Shown here piece by piece: positions 37,850 to 50,053 of a DNA stretch of 64,000 bases (position 1 is its first letter; the number at the start of each line of letters is the position of its first letter). The notes beneath the pieces are model-generated. The model was not told where the DNA came from and ran no database searches. It saw only the letters and a list, made by a program, of their open reading frames with translations. This stretch comes from Parasitella parasitica NRRL 2501 (lineage: Eukaryota; Fungi; Mucoromycota), in NCBI GenBank assembly GCA_025201805.1, contig MU619270.1, positions 100,172 to 164,171 on the forward strand. Reading direction: 5' to 3'. Both the position numbers and the translations under genes were made by a program.

Positions 37850-38770
37850 TAAGTAGACACATATGTTTGCAAGCAATTGGTATTTTTGGAAATCTGGACA
37901 AAGACATGTGCAGATAACATTATTAATCACGCGTATTTGGTATGTAGTTTGAGGTTTATCAGGATCAAACGATTGAATTTTTCATGGACTATTATTATTA
38001 TCATCAGTATTTGTGAAAGAGCCTTGAGTAATCATTGAAATAAAGTTTTTATTTGAGATTTTCGATGCCATGTAAGATTTTCTTGCTATATTATTTTGCA
38101 ATGGGCCCATGCGTCCAGTATTTGCTAGTATTCTATTAGACTCTTCTGTGAAGTAATATTCAACATTGTTTGTTAGGAAAAAGACCAATCTGTCTAATCT
38201 ATTAATTCTTGATCGCTCAAAGGAAACGATTTTTAGTTGATTATACCAACTTTCGATGTAGTTGTAGGTTACAGACAACTTGTGGACTTATTTGACGAAG
38301 AGTGCTCCCCATCTCTTGACTACTTCTTCATCGTTAAACCAGTATCGAGTAAAATAATCTAAGACTCCAGTGTGTTCTTCGATCTTTAGCTTGAATCTTT
38401 CTATTATTCTAAATAATGAATGTTTCCTGGTTTCAGCAAGAATTAAGTGCAAGTCGTTCAAAAGATGCTGTTTGTACTCGGTTGCTTCAGTGTTTGACGT
38501 GCTCGTAGGTAAAGACAGCTTTGCACCCAAGTTATCTTTCCATGATCGCCAGACATGGAAGGCACAATAATGGATAACAACTTGATTTCTAAAAGCTGCT
38601 TTAATGGTATTAACTTCAGCCAAGCTACAGTTGATCGTAATTGCAGTCGGTGCAAAATTACAATTATTTCGCAGATAAACAAGCCATTGATTTATAGGAC
38701 CTACACTTTGATCATTAGTGACCGTATATGCAACAGGATAGCCCTTTCCAGTCAATAAATTTTTAACTAA
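37850..38770 (-). mobile_element. Decayed Mutator/MULE-type transposase with SWIM zinc finger
   Basis: GKGYPVAY..ITINCS (catalytic D replaced by N)..HYCAFHVWRSW (CxxH), TYNYIESWYNQLK (catalytic E), RLDRLVFFL, and a frameshifted CxC..CKH SWIM motif near 37860-37915. Stops and frameshifts separate the ORF pieces. Confidence 0.8.
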
Positions 38771-41308
38771 AAGGGTTTGTCTTGAAAGGTCATCAAATAT
38801 TTATAAATGCCACTTAAAAGCCACTCGAAGCCACATCCTCTTTAAACATTTATCAATGACAGAAAATAAGGGGATCCCGCTTCTTCAATGAGTCTTCTTC
38901 TTTTTTGAAACAGAGAGATCATGAGAGCTAATTTCTCTTCAAAGCGTACGTTAAGATATTCTTTTATGGGGTTTGAAGACCTAATTTTATTGTTATGTTC
39001 AGTTTATATGAATTTCTGGTATTGATAGTTGGCGACCTTACATTTGGTTTTGAGTTAAAATAAATGAACGTTGCTACGTGTTTTCAACCGAAACATTGGT
39101 GTTACCACTAAATACAGTTTTTTTTTATGTTTTCTGAAAAAAAAGTTCAAGTGAATGATAAATGTCACGGTGTTTGTGATGACATATAATATGGTTTCTG
39201 ACACAAACTTTTTACCTGATAAAAGCTAAGGGACATAGAGAACATTTTATAATGATAAGAGGAATTGCGACGCTCTAATTTTATTTTTGGTCAAATAACC
39301 ATTGTGCAGGAGAAATAGGTTTTATCAACACTATCAACATGTACTGCAGAACCTGAAACTGAACAATCATCAACGGACAACAACACAAAATTGTTTAAAT
39401 TCCATATGTTTAAATGTTGATAAATCATTACAGATATATCCGGTAGAAATTATACATCTGAATGAGCTCGAATATTTAGACAACTCTATAGAAATGCATA
39501 GTTATAAAAACTAAAAAATGCCTAAATTCAAAGTATCAAAGCACCAAAGTGCATATACTAATAAGGCATTTAGTTGTACGTGTCCGTCTAATTATGTATT
39601 TAAACAATGGCAGTTTACCCCTGAAATCCAAGTTTGAACCAACCAGTTCATTCTGTTTTCTCAGTCAATTATACCTCTTCAAAAATCGTAGCATATTCAA
39701 GCAAATGACAATCTCTACATTATAACTTCGCATTTTCATTTTATGTTACATCTGTTGAGTTAAGTCAATATCAAGGAATGAATATACAGTCGGGAATTGT
39801 TATAACGGACGGGTTGGTGTACGAAAATGTGTTTGGTATAGCGAGTTACCCCTATTCAGAAGTTGATATTCTACAGTACAATGCCTGGAACCTGGAATCT
39901 ACCAGAAGCTTATTATGAAGCTTAACTTTTGTTAGCAAAATTACCTTCAACCCCAATACAAATCTCTATTTTACTTTCTGTCTTACGAGTTTAGCATTTA
40001 AATAAAAAATAAAAGAAAAGGAACTCTTGAACTGACATAAAGCATTATTATAAGCAACTATGGTAATAGGGCTTCTCTGTCACTAGTAATTAGCAACTCA
40101 TGAATTATTCAAAAATAACAAGGGGTTATTACAGCAAAGCATTGTATTCATTAATCATCCTCATCTGCTTCCAACTCGATAGGCCACATCTGTTTGATTA
40201 CGTTACTATAAACAAAGGTATACTTGTAGCTCAAAAATACTCACTTTATAGAGCTGTGTCATGTACTACAATTGATATTGACGTGATACCATCTCCAGAT
40301 AAGTATTTTTTACAGCTTAAAAGCAAGAATTTCAACTTTGTGTGCCATTTTTTGATTGATTTTCATAATCAAATGTGCCCTGAAGACACCAGAAATAGTA
40401 TCCATTGGGAAAAAACTATATTATATATGATTTTGGTGCAATTTGAGCATGATTTTTTTTTCGATGCAAAATGATGGATTTTTTCGATTTTTTCCTTGTA
40501 TCCACACATCCAAAATTATTGATTACGCATTATACTCAATTTTGACCCCAAAAATGTAACTTTTTACTATAGCATATATTGGAGGAAAATGATCGTACAA
40601 GACCACTCCTTGATCTGAAAGACTGAAAATGCGCTCTGATTAAGCAAAATGTCGACTTCTACCTCTTAATTTGCTTTTGAGGTTTTCTCGGCAGAATTCC
40701 TTCCATAAGCATACGGGAATTATGAAATGATCCCATCGTGTAGAGCGTCCAAAAATACAGCTATTATCATAGGCTGACAGCCGTGGTATGCATAGTATCG
40801 GAAGATGATATCTTGCCTCAAAGGAGTAATTTTGTTTTCGAATTATCCAAATCGAGTTTTTGAAAGAATTTTTTCTTCCTGATTTTGGATGTGTTTAATC
40901 TCCGCTTTTAAAGAAAAAATGGTGCTTTTTTCAAGAAAGTATTAGCTTTTGAGAAACTATGGCTTACCCAATTGAAGAGAGAAACAATTGAAATTTAGTT
41001 TATTCAAATTCTGTGCTTCTTGGCTTTCTAATGGTAGTACTTGCATGTCTGTACCTGGCCTGACGATCTCACGCTCCGATTTTGAAAAATACTTTTCCGA
41101 AAAAAGTCAGAAAAGTCGCTATCTTCATCTGATGTCAACTTAAAAAGTACAAAAACTTGCTCCAAGCTATGCAAATACGTGATCAAAAGGTACTTTGTAG
41201 TGTAATTTATTACTTTGAATTACTTGCTTTTGCGTTTGAAATTACTAAACGTTATTTTCTTACTTTTTATCTTTTTTCTGTCAATAACACACTGAAGTTC
41301 GCGTAGAC

Positions 41309-41309
<1 letters not shown>

Positions 41310-41368
<59 letters not shown>
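41310..41368. repeat. A59 homopolymer
   Basis: Read directly from the sequence. Confidence 0.95.
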
Positions 41369-41369
<1 letters not shown>

Positions 41370-43953
41370 AGCACCTACAATCAACGTAGCTGGTTTTGCA
41401 AAGACACACACTTTTGAAACATTCGAATATATGAAAAAGATGGCATAGGCTTGACTAGCTGTTCCACCGTGCAACTAGATATAGAGAACCCTACTTAGTA
41501 CCGCAGGTGTGAGCTGTGGACCCCCAAAAAAATGAAGGTCGCTTTTTAGCCCCTTCGTGCGCTTTACAGCTCGCTATTGCTTATAATACTTGTAAATAGA
41601 AATATAACGCACAGATCAATGCAATAAGTTTTTAATTGTCAAACAATATAAACCCTTTTAGGTATATTCAACGACTTAATCAGTAGCATTGAGAAGGGCA
41701 GATACCAAAGTAATATCAAATCAACGGCTCTGAAGCAATCCGTAATTTGATCATTGAATAAAATGTATTTTATGTCAATTTTTTAACCAAGATATGAAAC
41801 GAACATATGAATAATTACAAAGAAACATACTCAAGGAGGGCATTACAATCTACATGGTTAACAATAGTAATACAGCCACTATGTCTAAGCTACAGCATGA
41901 GACTCTTCAAAGGCGTTATGGTATATATTATATAACCGTCAAAATGCTTGACAACTACCTTAAAGACGTTGTCAAGCAAATTCTCAAAGAGACCAAGTGC
42001 AAAGGAAGAAAAAAAAAATAATTCATTATTTAGATCAAAAAAAGAAATTTGCTACAAAACTTCAGCCTGAAAAAAAAAATTAACTAATGATATTGGTTCC
42101 TTTTCAACATAATAAACTGAACAAAAGCTAGAGATGGTCAAACTGCCTCTTCTTTAATGCTAAGGCTAAGAGGGCCAAAAACATTACCATTTTGTTTTCT
42201 CTTTCAAATAACGGCATAAAAACTTACCAATATAAAAATCTACGTTTTGTTTCGCTGTGTAGTAATTTCATTAATAACACAACATTTACAACCTCGAATC
42301 ACTTAGTTAATGATAAAACCATGCATAAAACCTGATACCTCTTAACAAGAAGAAATCCAAGTCAAATCTTTTAGAGGTTATAATAGTATCAATAGATAAT
42401 CCTACTGCCCTGTTCTCATCATCGTTCTTTGCCATGCGGCTAGCTTCGATTCACCCCATTTAAACTTCCGGGCGCCTTTCCTCAAGGATCTTGCTGAGGT
42501 ATTTGATGATGAAGGTATATTAGTTTTCATCTGCTAGATCATCTTTCATTCGGTTTTTTTTGCAACTTGATGAGGCGGAGGCATTTTTCTTCAGCTTGTA
42601 GCTAGTATCTTCTTTCCTAAGTTGGCTTTTAGCTTCTTTCTCCTTCCTCCTCGACTCTGCCCTACTTGTACCAAACAATGTATCTATCAAAAATTGATAA
42701 GCAATATCTTCAACGCCTATATCACGGCTAGGTTGTGTTGTTTTTGTCTATTAGACCTACAATCGTCTATATTCTACATCATTATATTTAAAAATGGTTA
42801 GTGTTTAAAATAGTAGAACTTATGCTCGTTTACGCATATACATAATGCATATTATTATGTTTACTATATGGCAGTTTATACATTGCAGAAATATTTCAAT
42901 GAAAACAAAACAAAACTGTTTCTAAATGCACACTATACGAAGCTCTCCAGCGGCAATGTCGCTGGTTCTATTAAATAGCTTGCTTTGTCCTAAATACAAG
43001 ATAGAACATGCATAAAAACACTTGTTTAATTCGATGTTGACATACCGCAGTAAATGGTAAACACTAAAGCCGTGCCTACATTGGCTGATTCAATGCGAAA
43101 ATGGGCTTAAAATAAGGTTTTTTTATTCTGTATATCAACAAAGCAATTTCTGATTTATTGCAACACAGTTTGTGTGTCGATAAATAATCTACGTTGTATG
43201 AGTGTAGGACTGAGGTTGGCGCTGCATGTTTTTTTTTAAAAATGATGCAAACGGTATAGCCTTGTCTTATATTGAAATCACCGTGATAAGAAATTATCTA
43301 TAGCATAGCCCTGCCTCATACATGAATGCATGCAGTAGTTATAGTTGTTATACCTCTTTTAAACTGGTATAGATCTGAAAATCTATCTACATGGCGACAG
43401 TTATCTCTAATAATATGCCTAAATACTTTACTGTTCAAATTCCTATTATATTTTTGTCAAATGGCTTTACGCGTTTCATGTGACAAAATGGGTTGTTTAT
43501 TCTAATCGAGATCAACAAAATTGCTTGAGCCTCAATATTCCGTTTCGGGTGCATTGGTGGGCATTTATACTTTCATTCATCGCTATTGACTTACTCAATA
43601 AAAATTATTTTATAACATTACATCAAATAGCAATATATTGCAGAACAAGTATATAAGTGGCCGGATAGTTGATCAAGAGGTGTTGTATAATAGCTCATAT
43701 GCGACCTGTCTTGCAGCCACACGTAGTGTGACACACATTGCTTTCTGACACAAAACGATTGTCCGGAAAAATTTATTCCGTAACCATTTTGTGATCTTTT
43801 GAGCAGATCAAGAAATTTAAGCATTGTAAACATGTAAATAGAGTTCGGCATTTATTAGCTTCCGTTTATCAAGATCAAAGATTGTATAAATACAGCAGCT
43901 GTTTTTCATCGACCTTTAATTTTGTCTTTATCTTTTAACACTCTTCCATTGGA

Positions 43954-46900
43954 ATGTCATATCAAAAAGTTTCTTTAGCTGAAGATCATAAAGATTCTGT
44001 AAGGACATCTTCTATATCAGAGTCCAAAGATGAAGGTACAATGGTCGAGAACAAAAATTACCAGGGTGGCATATTTGTTGGTAATGGTGATTTCGGTGAA
44101 GCAGAAAGAGACGATATTATCAACGTTGAAGGTAATAGTTAATATCATTAACCATAGCCATTTAGTAACCCTCGATTGTATATATAATAGCTGCCATTGA
44201 TGAGTTTGAAGAATTAAAAAGGGAATTATCGCATATCAGCCGCCTTTCCTCTAATATCTCACCTGAAAAAGTCGAGCTAGGTGAAGCTAATCAAGACGAG
44301 TTTAATTTGAGTGTGTTCTTACATGGTATGTCTGCCGAACGCAAGGAGGCTGGCCACCAATTGAAGCATTTGGGTGTCATTTGGAAGAATCTATCAGTTG
44401 AGGTAACACATTAATAAAATCTGTTCATAGCAAACTGTAGCATTAACGTGTAGCTATCAGGGTTTAGGTGCTGAGGCTCACACAATACCCACTGTGATTA
44501 GCGGCTTTCTCAAGGTCGTTAAGTTCTGGAAGCTATTCGGTGTTGGCCCAAAGCCAGGGAAGAAGGTGATATTGAAAGATCTTTCTGGATTCTGCAAAGA
44601 TGGCGAAATGTTGCTCCTGCTGGGTCGACCTGGGGCAGGCTGCACTACTCTTTTACATGTCATCTCCAATATGCGCGCTTCGTTTACTGACATCAAAGGA
44701 TCCGTGAGCTACGGTGGTCTTGATCATGCTACGTTTGCAAAGAGATTCCGTGGTCAAACGTGTTATAACTCAGAGGAAGATCAGCACTATCCAACATTGA
44801 CGACAAAACAGACACTAAAGTTTGCGTTACGAACAAAAACACCGGGAAAACGCTTACCAAATGAATCCAAGGATGAATTCATCAATAAAATTCTATATCT
44901 GCTGGGCAACATGCTGGGCCTCACAAAGCAAATGGAAACGATGGTTGGAAATCCCTTTTTTCGCGGCTTGTCTGGTGGTGAAAGAAAACGATTATCGATT
45001 GCTGAACAAATGACAACAGAAAGTACCATTAATTGCTGGGATTGCTCAACCAGAGGTTTGGATGCAGCGTCAGCTCTAGACTATGTCCGATCGCTTCGTA
45101 TAATGACAGATGTATTCAAGAAAACCACCGTGGCTACTATGTACCAAGCTTCCAACAATATATTCAATTTGTTTGACAAGATTCTTTTATTAGACGATGG
45201 GTACTGTCTCTACTTTGGCCCTGTTGCTTTGGCTAAGCAGTACTTTGAAGACCTCGGCTTTCACTGCCCTCCTCGTAAATCTACTCCTGATTTCTTAACG
45301 GGTATTTGTAATCCATTAGAACGTGAAACTAGAGAAGGATTCGAAGACAAGGTTCCAGTGTCTGGTGAGCAATTTCAAGCAATCTTTTACGCCTCCCCCA
45401 TCTATAAAACTATGATGCAAGAATTAAGAAACTACGAGACGCTAGTCGCCAAAGAGTTGCCCTCTGAAAGCTTCAAAGAGGCCATGAAGCAAGAACATCA
45501 AAAACGTGCTCCAAATAGCTCTCCATATATCGCATCATTCTATCAACAGGTTAAGGCCCTCACTATTAGACAATACCATCTTTTGATAAAAGACAAGCCT
45601 GCACTGATCTCTCGATATGGAACTATCTTGATTCAATCACTAATTACAGCATCCTGCTTCTTCAGTATTCCCAAGGATGGCTCAGGTGCCTTCAGCCGTG
45701 GAGGTGCCATCTTCTTTTCTGTAATGTTTAATGCCTTGGTATCACAAACAGAACTGGTAAACTTCTTGATGGGAAGGCCGATATTGGAAAAGCATAAGCA
45801 GTATGCGCTGTATCGACCTTCGGCCTTCTATGTGGCACAAGTAGTTATGGATATCCCGTATGCACTTGTCCAAGGTTAGTTTGTTGAATACTTGGCAAAT
45901 TGTTTATATATACTTACACACTTATAGTTTTGCTTTTCGAATTGTGTGCTTTCTTCATTATGGACCTGAACTTGACTGCTGGTAGTTTCTTCACCTTTTT
46001 CATCACACTCTTCTTTGTCAACATGTGCATGAACGGCTTCTTTAGATTGTTTGGAGCACTCACATCGAGCTTTTTCTTGGCTACCCAGGTTGCTGGCGTG
46101 GTTTTTATCTCCATCATTATATACTGCGGTTATGTTATTCCCTATCCTGACATGTATCCTTGGCTCTCCTGGATCTACTGGATCAGCCCAATTGCCTATG
46201 GCTACAAGACTCTGCTGATAAATGAAATGAAAGGCCAGCAATATTCTTGCGAAGGTCCTGGAAACTCTGTCCCGTATGGTCCCGGTTATGATATTTGGGA
46301 CTACAGGGTCTGCACAATGGTTGGAGGTCGTGCTGGTCAGGATTATGTGCTTGGTGATGACTATTTGATGACAAAGCTTCAATGGGATTCCAATCACTTG
46401 TGGGCTCCTGATTTTGTTGCTGTCGTGGGTTTCTTTCTGCTATTTACAGTGTTGACAGCTTTAGGAATGGAGTATGGTGCTGTCAACAAGGTTGGCTCTC
46501 TGACGAAACTGTATATTCCTGGGAAGGCCCCCAAGGCACGAAGCCAAGACGAAATCGTAGAGCAACGTCGTAAACAAGCAAATAGAGTTGAGACCATGGA
46601 GGCTATCTCTTCAGGAACAACTTTCTCGTGGCAAAATGTAAACTACTCTGTCCCAATTAAAGGTGGAGAGCTTCAGCTGCTGAATTCCATCTCTGGTGTA
46701 GTACGCCCTGGCCATCTAACTGCGTTGATGGGGTCCTCTGGTGCTGGCAAAACTACCCTGCTTGACGTGCTGGCTCGTAGAAAAACACTCGGTAAAGTGG
46801 ATGGTCGTCTCTATCTCAATGGTGAAGCGTTAATGAACGATTTCGAGCGCATTACCGGATATTGTGAGCAAATGGATATTCATCAACCTGCTGTCACTGT

Positions 46901-48512
46901 CCGCGAATCTCTTCAATTCTCTGCAAACCTTCGTCAACCTCGAGATACGCCTCAGTCTGAGAAGGATAGCTACGTTGAACAGATTATCCACCTACTTGAG
47001 ATGGAAGATATAGCAGATGCACAAGTTGGCAACGTTGGATCTGGCTTTGGTATCTCTGTAGAAGAACGAAAGCGCTTGACTATTGGTATGGAACTCGTTG
47101 CTAAACCTCAGTTACTGTTTTTGGATGAGCCTACTTCTGGCCTTGATGCTCAGAGTTCGTTTAACATTATTCGTTTCATCCGCAAACTTGCTGATGCAGG
47201 CTGGCCAGTGCTTTGCACCATTCATCAACCTTCTGCCATCTTGTTTGACCACTTTGACCATCTTCTGTTGTTGGTTCGCGGTGGCCGAACCGCTTACCAC
47301 GGTGAAATCGGCGAAGATGCTCGCACTATGATCAATTATTTCGAAAAGAACGGCGGTCCTATCTGCTCCCCTGCTGCTAATCCTGCCGAATACATCTTGG
47401 AAGTTGTGGGCGCTGGAACGGCTGGCAAAGTCAAGAAAGACTGGGCTGACGTATGGGAGCGTTCACCAGAAGCCAAGCAACTGGAGAAAGACTTGGAAAT
47501 CGTACACCAGAATGCCGAACAAAATCCCCAGCGACATGCATTGACTTATGCTACACTAATGTGGACCCAATTTGTGCTTGTTCACAAACGCATGGCCTTG
47601 GCCTACTGGAGATCACCAGAATACAACATTGGCCGTTTCATTACTATCATGTTCTCATCTCTGCTAACGGGATTTACCTACTGGAAACTAGACAATAGCG
47701 TTTCTGCCTTGCAAAGCCGTCTTTTTGCGCTGTTTTCGTCCTTTTTGATGGCCAACATCCTGATTATTGTCGCTCAGCCCAAGTTTATGACTGAACGTAT
47801 GTATTTCCGTCGCGAGTATGCTTCTCGTTTTTATGGGTGGATTCCGTTTACGATATCGGTAATCTTGGTTGAGATTCCTTACATCCTCTTTTTGGCTGCC
47901 TGCTTCCTCTGCGGGTTTTACTGGACAGCAGGCCTGACAAATACATCGGAAGCAGTTGGCTACTTTTACTTGGTTTTGATTTTCTTTGTATTCTGGGCTG
48001 TCACCTTGGGATTTGTTATTGCATCTGTTGCGGAGAATCCTACAATGGCTGCAGTAGTAAATCCCCTGGTCATCTCCCTGTTGATTCTGTTTGCTGGTTT
48101 TATGCAACCTGAAAGCGCAATGCCTCGATTCTGGAGCAGTTGGATGTACTGGCTGAATCCTTTCCATTACTTTATAGAGGGCCTGGCTACCAATGAACTG
48201 TCGCATATTCAAGTGCAGTGCACTGATAAAGACTTGGTCAAGTTTCTCCCTCCTCCAAATCTTACATGTGCCGATTACACCAGCAACTTTTTTTCGTATG
48301 GAGCACCAGGATACATTGATAATCCTCAAGCTATGCAACCTGAAATGTGCGGCTACTGCTCATTTAAGAGCGGCGAAGAGTTTTACTCGACTACATTTGG
48401 CTGGAGTGAGGCAAATAAGTGGAGGAATTTTGGTATCATTGTTGCATTCTTTGTGTTCAACGTCTTTTGCTTTGGTGCTTTAGTGTACTGGAAACGTAAA
48501 GGAAGACGCTAA
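43954..48512 (+). CDS. Full-size PDR-type (ABCG) ABC transporter, 4 exons
   Basis: Introns at 44132-44190, 44403-44460 and 45875-45927. NBD1 has GRPGAGCTT (degenerate Walker A), LSGGERKR and CWDCSTRGLD. NBD2 has GSSGAGKTT, ISVEERKR and LFLDEPTSGLD. NBD-TMD-NBD-TMD order with Cys-containing extracellular loops. Confidence 0.97.
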
Positions 48513-49273
48513 GCGACCCATGATAAACTAGACTATTTTTGTTATTATATCTATGTATTTTTACTCAATAAATCAACTAATTTTCAAACGACACACAAGC
48601 ACATTTGATGAGTCTAAATAAAAAGACATGCTGTAGTGCACTACAATAGGTCATTCAAGCCATGGCAGCCATCGTTTTATTATGTACTCACATAAGTTTT
48701 TCTTTTCAAATAATTATATCAAGTAGATTAAACCTTACTAGACAGAAAAAACTGATTTAACGACTAATCAAGATGCTATAATTGCAGTTGTTTATTGTTT
48801 TAGTTTTTTCTACGCTGCTATGGAGATTTTGCTGCAATAGCACTATAGGATACTCGATTAATACCGAAAAAGGCCAGGAAAAAAACCAAGCGTTTGATAA
48901 AAGTTTGAAACTGTATATAATGCATACTATTTTCCAAATTAATAAATGGCTAGTAGAAGGATCGAAATTCGAGTGTAGCATGTCAAATACCCCTTGTATC
49001 TATATCAATATTATACTCATCAGTCAACATTTAAATTAGCATGCAAACTGAAGGAGTCATGTTCCTAATAACAGCTTTAATTGACTCATGTTTTCTTATT
49101 GATCATGATATTTTCAATAGTAAATTCTTTGCTTTATATCATTGTCTTTTGAACTATAAAACTCCTGTAGTGCTTAATTACTAGTAAGTGCAATTATATC
49201 CAGAGTTTGTATATAAAGCAAGGTATAAAAGCTACATAATATAAAGTATCCATCTTAAAATTAAATATAAACA

Positions 49274-50053
49274 ATGCAAATCAAGTTTCTTTCTTTTGGT
49301 CTACTCGCTGTTGCTACTGCAGTCTTGGCTTCTGCTGATACTGTCAGAGTAACAAATACCAATGTAAACACTCGCAATACTGGTTCTTGCATTCTCAATG
49401 GTCTCAAGGTCAAGAATGTCCTCAATAATCTTCATGTTGGTGTTGGATCTAGAAAGCGTAGTGTATTGCCGCGTAAAAATGTTGCTCGTAGGCTTCATTA
49501 CCTGCGTCATTCTGGCCATCAAAGTAAGAGTGAGCCTGATGAGGAGGAGGAAGATGAGGATGAGCCTGATGAGGAGGAGGAAGATGAGGATGAGCCTGAT
49601 GAGGAGGAGGAAGATGAGGATGAGCCTGATGAGGAAGAAGAAGATGAGGATGAGGATGAGCCGGACGAGGAAGAAGAAGAAGAAAATGAGCCTGATGAAG
49701 ATAAGGATGACGAGAGCAAGCCTGATGAGAATGAGGAAGGTGAAAGTAACCCTGATGAGGATGAGGTGGATGAAAGTAACCCTGATGAGGATGAGGTGGA
49801 TGAAAGTAACCCTGATGAGGATGAGGTGGATGAAAGTAACCCTGATGAGGACGAGGTGGATGAAATCAGTATTAGCAAGGTTGTCAGCAGCCGTGAACAG
49901 GATGGCGGGGATAACGATGATGAAGATGAAGCTGATGAACAAGAAGCCACAGAACCGTCAAAGCGTGGTGTAACTGAGGGCCTTTTTGATGAAGCTCTTG
50001 ATACTGGAAGCTTATTAGGATCAAATGATGAAATTCTTGGAGGACTTGCTTAG
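49274..50053 (+). CDS. Secreted peptide precursor, paralog A (signal peptide, cationic core, RKR, Glu/Asp repeat tail, KR, 28-aa C-terminal peptide)
   Basis: TATAAAA about 50 bp upstream, ACAATG start context, hydrophobic signal peptide, and N-terminal 62 aa clearly homologous to the ORFs at 52640 and 54280. Confidence 0.88.
   Translation: MQIKFLSFGLLAVATAVLASADTVRVTNTNVNTRNTGSCILNGLKVKNVLNNLHVGVGSRKRSVLPRKNVARRLHYLRHSGHQSKSEPDEEEEDEDEPDEEEEDEDEPDEEEEDEDEPDEEEEDEDEDEPDEEEEEENEPDEDKDDESKPDENEEGESNPDEDEVDESNPDEDEVDESNPDEDEVDESNPDEDEVDEISISKVVSSREQDGGDNDDEDEADEQEATEPSKRGVTEGLFDEALDTGSLLGSNDEILGGLA
49531..49860 (+). repeat. Two coding 30-bp minisatellites (EPDEEEEDED x about 4; ESNPDEDEVD x4)
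   Basis: TGAGCCTGATGAGGAGGAGGAAGATGAGGA is exact x3 at 49531-49620 plus a variant. TGAAAGTAACCCTGATGAGGATGAGGTGGA is exact x3 at 49741-49830 plus a variant. Confidence 0.95.

Noticed and set aside
42400-42730. Lys/Glu-rich coding-like relic on the minus strand
   Set aside because: Broken by stops and with no motif I can assign.
44620-45060. Cys in Walker A and CWD Walker B of ABC NBD1
   Set aside because: Normal degenerate site of fungal PDR transporters, not a defect.
49301-49973. Overlapping poly-Ser, poly-Ile/Leu and Met/Arg-rich ORFs (also at 54360-54745)
   Set aside because: Alternate-frame artefacts of the stop-poor GAR/GAT repeat; only the signal-peptide frame is conserved between paralogs.
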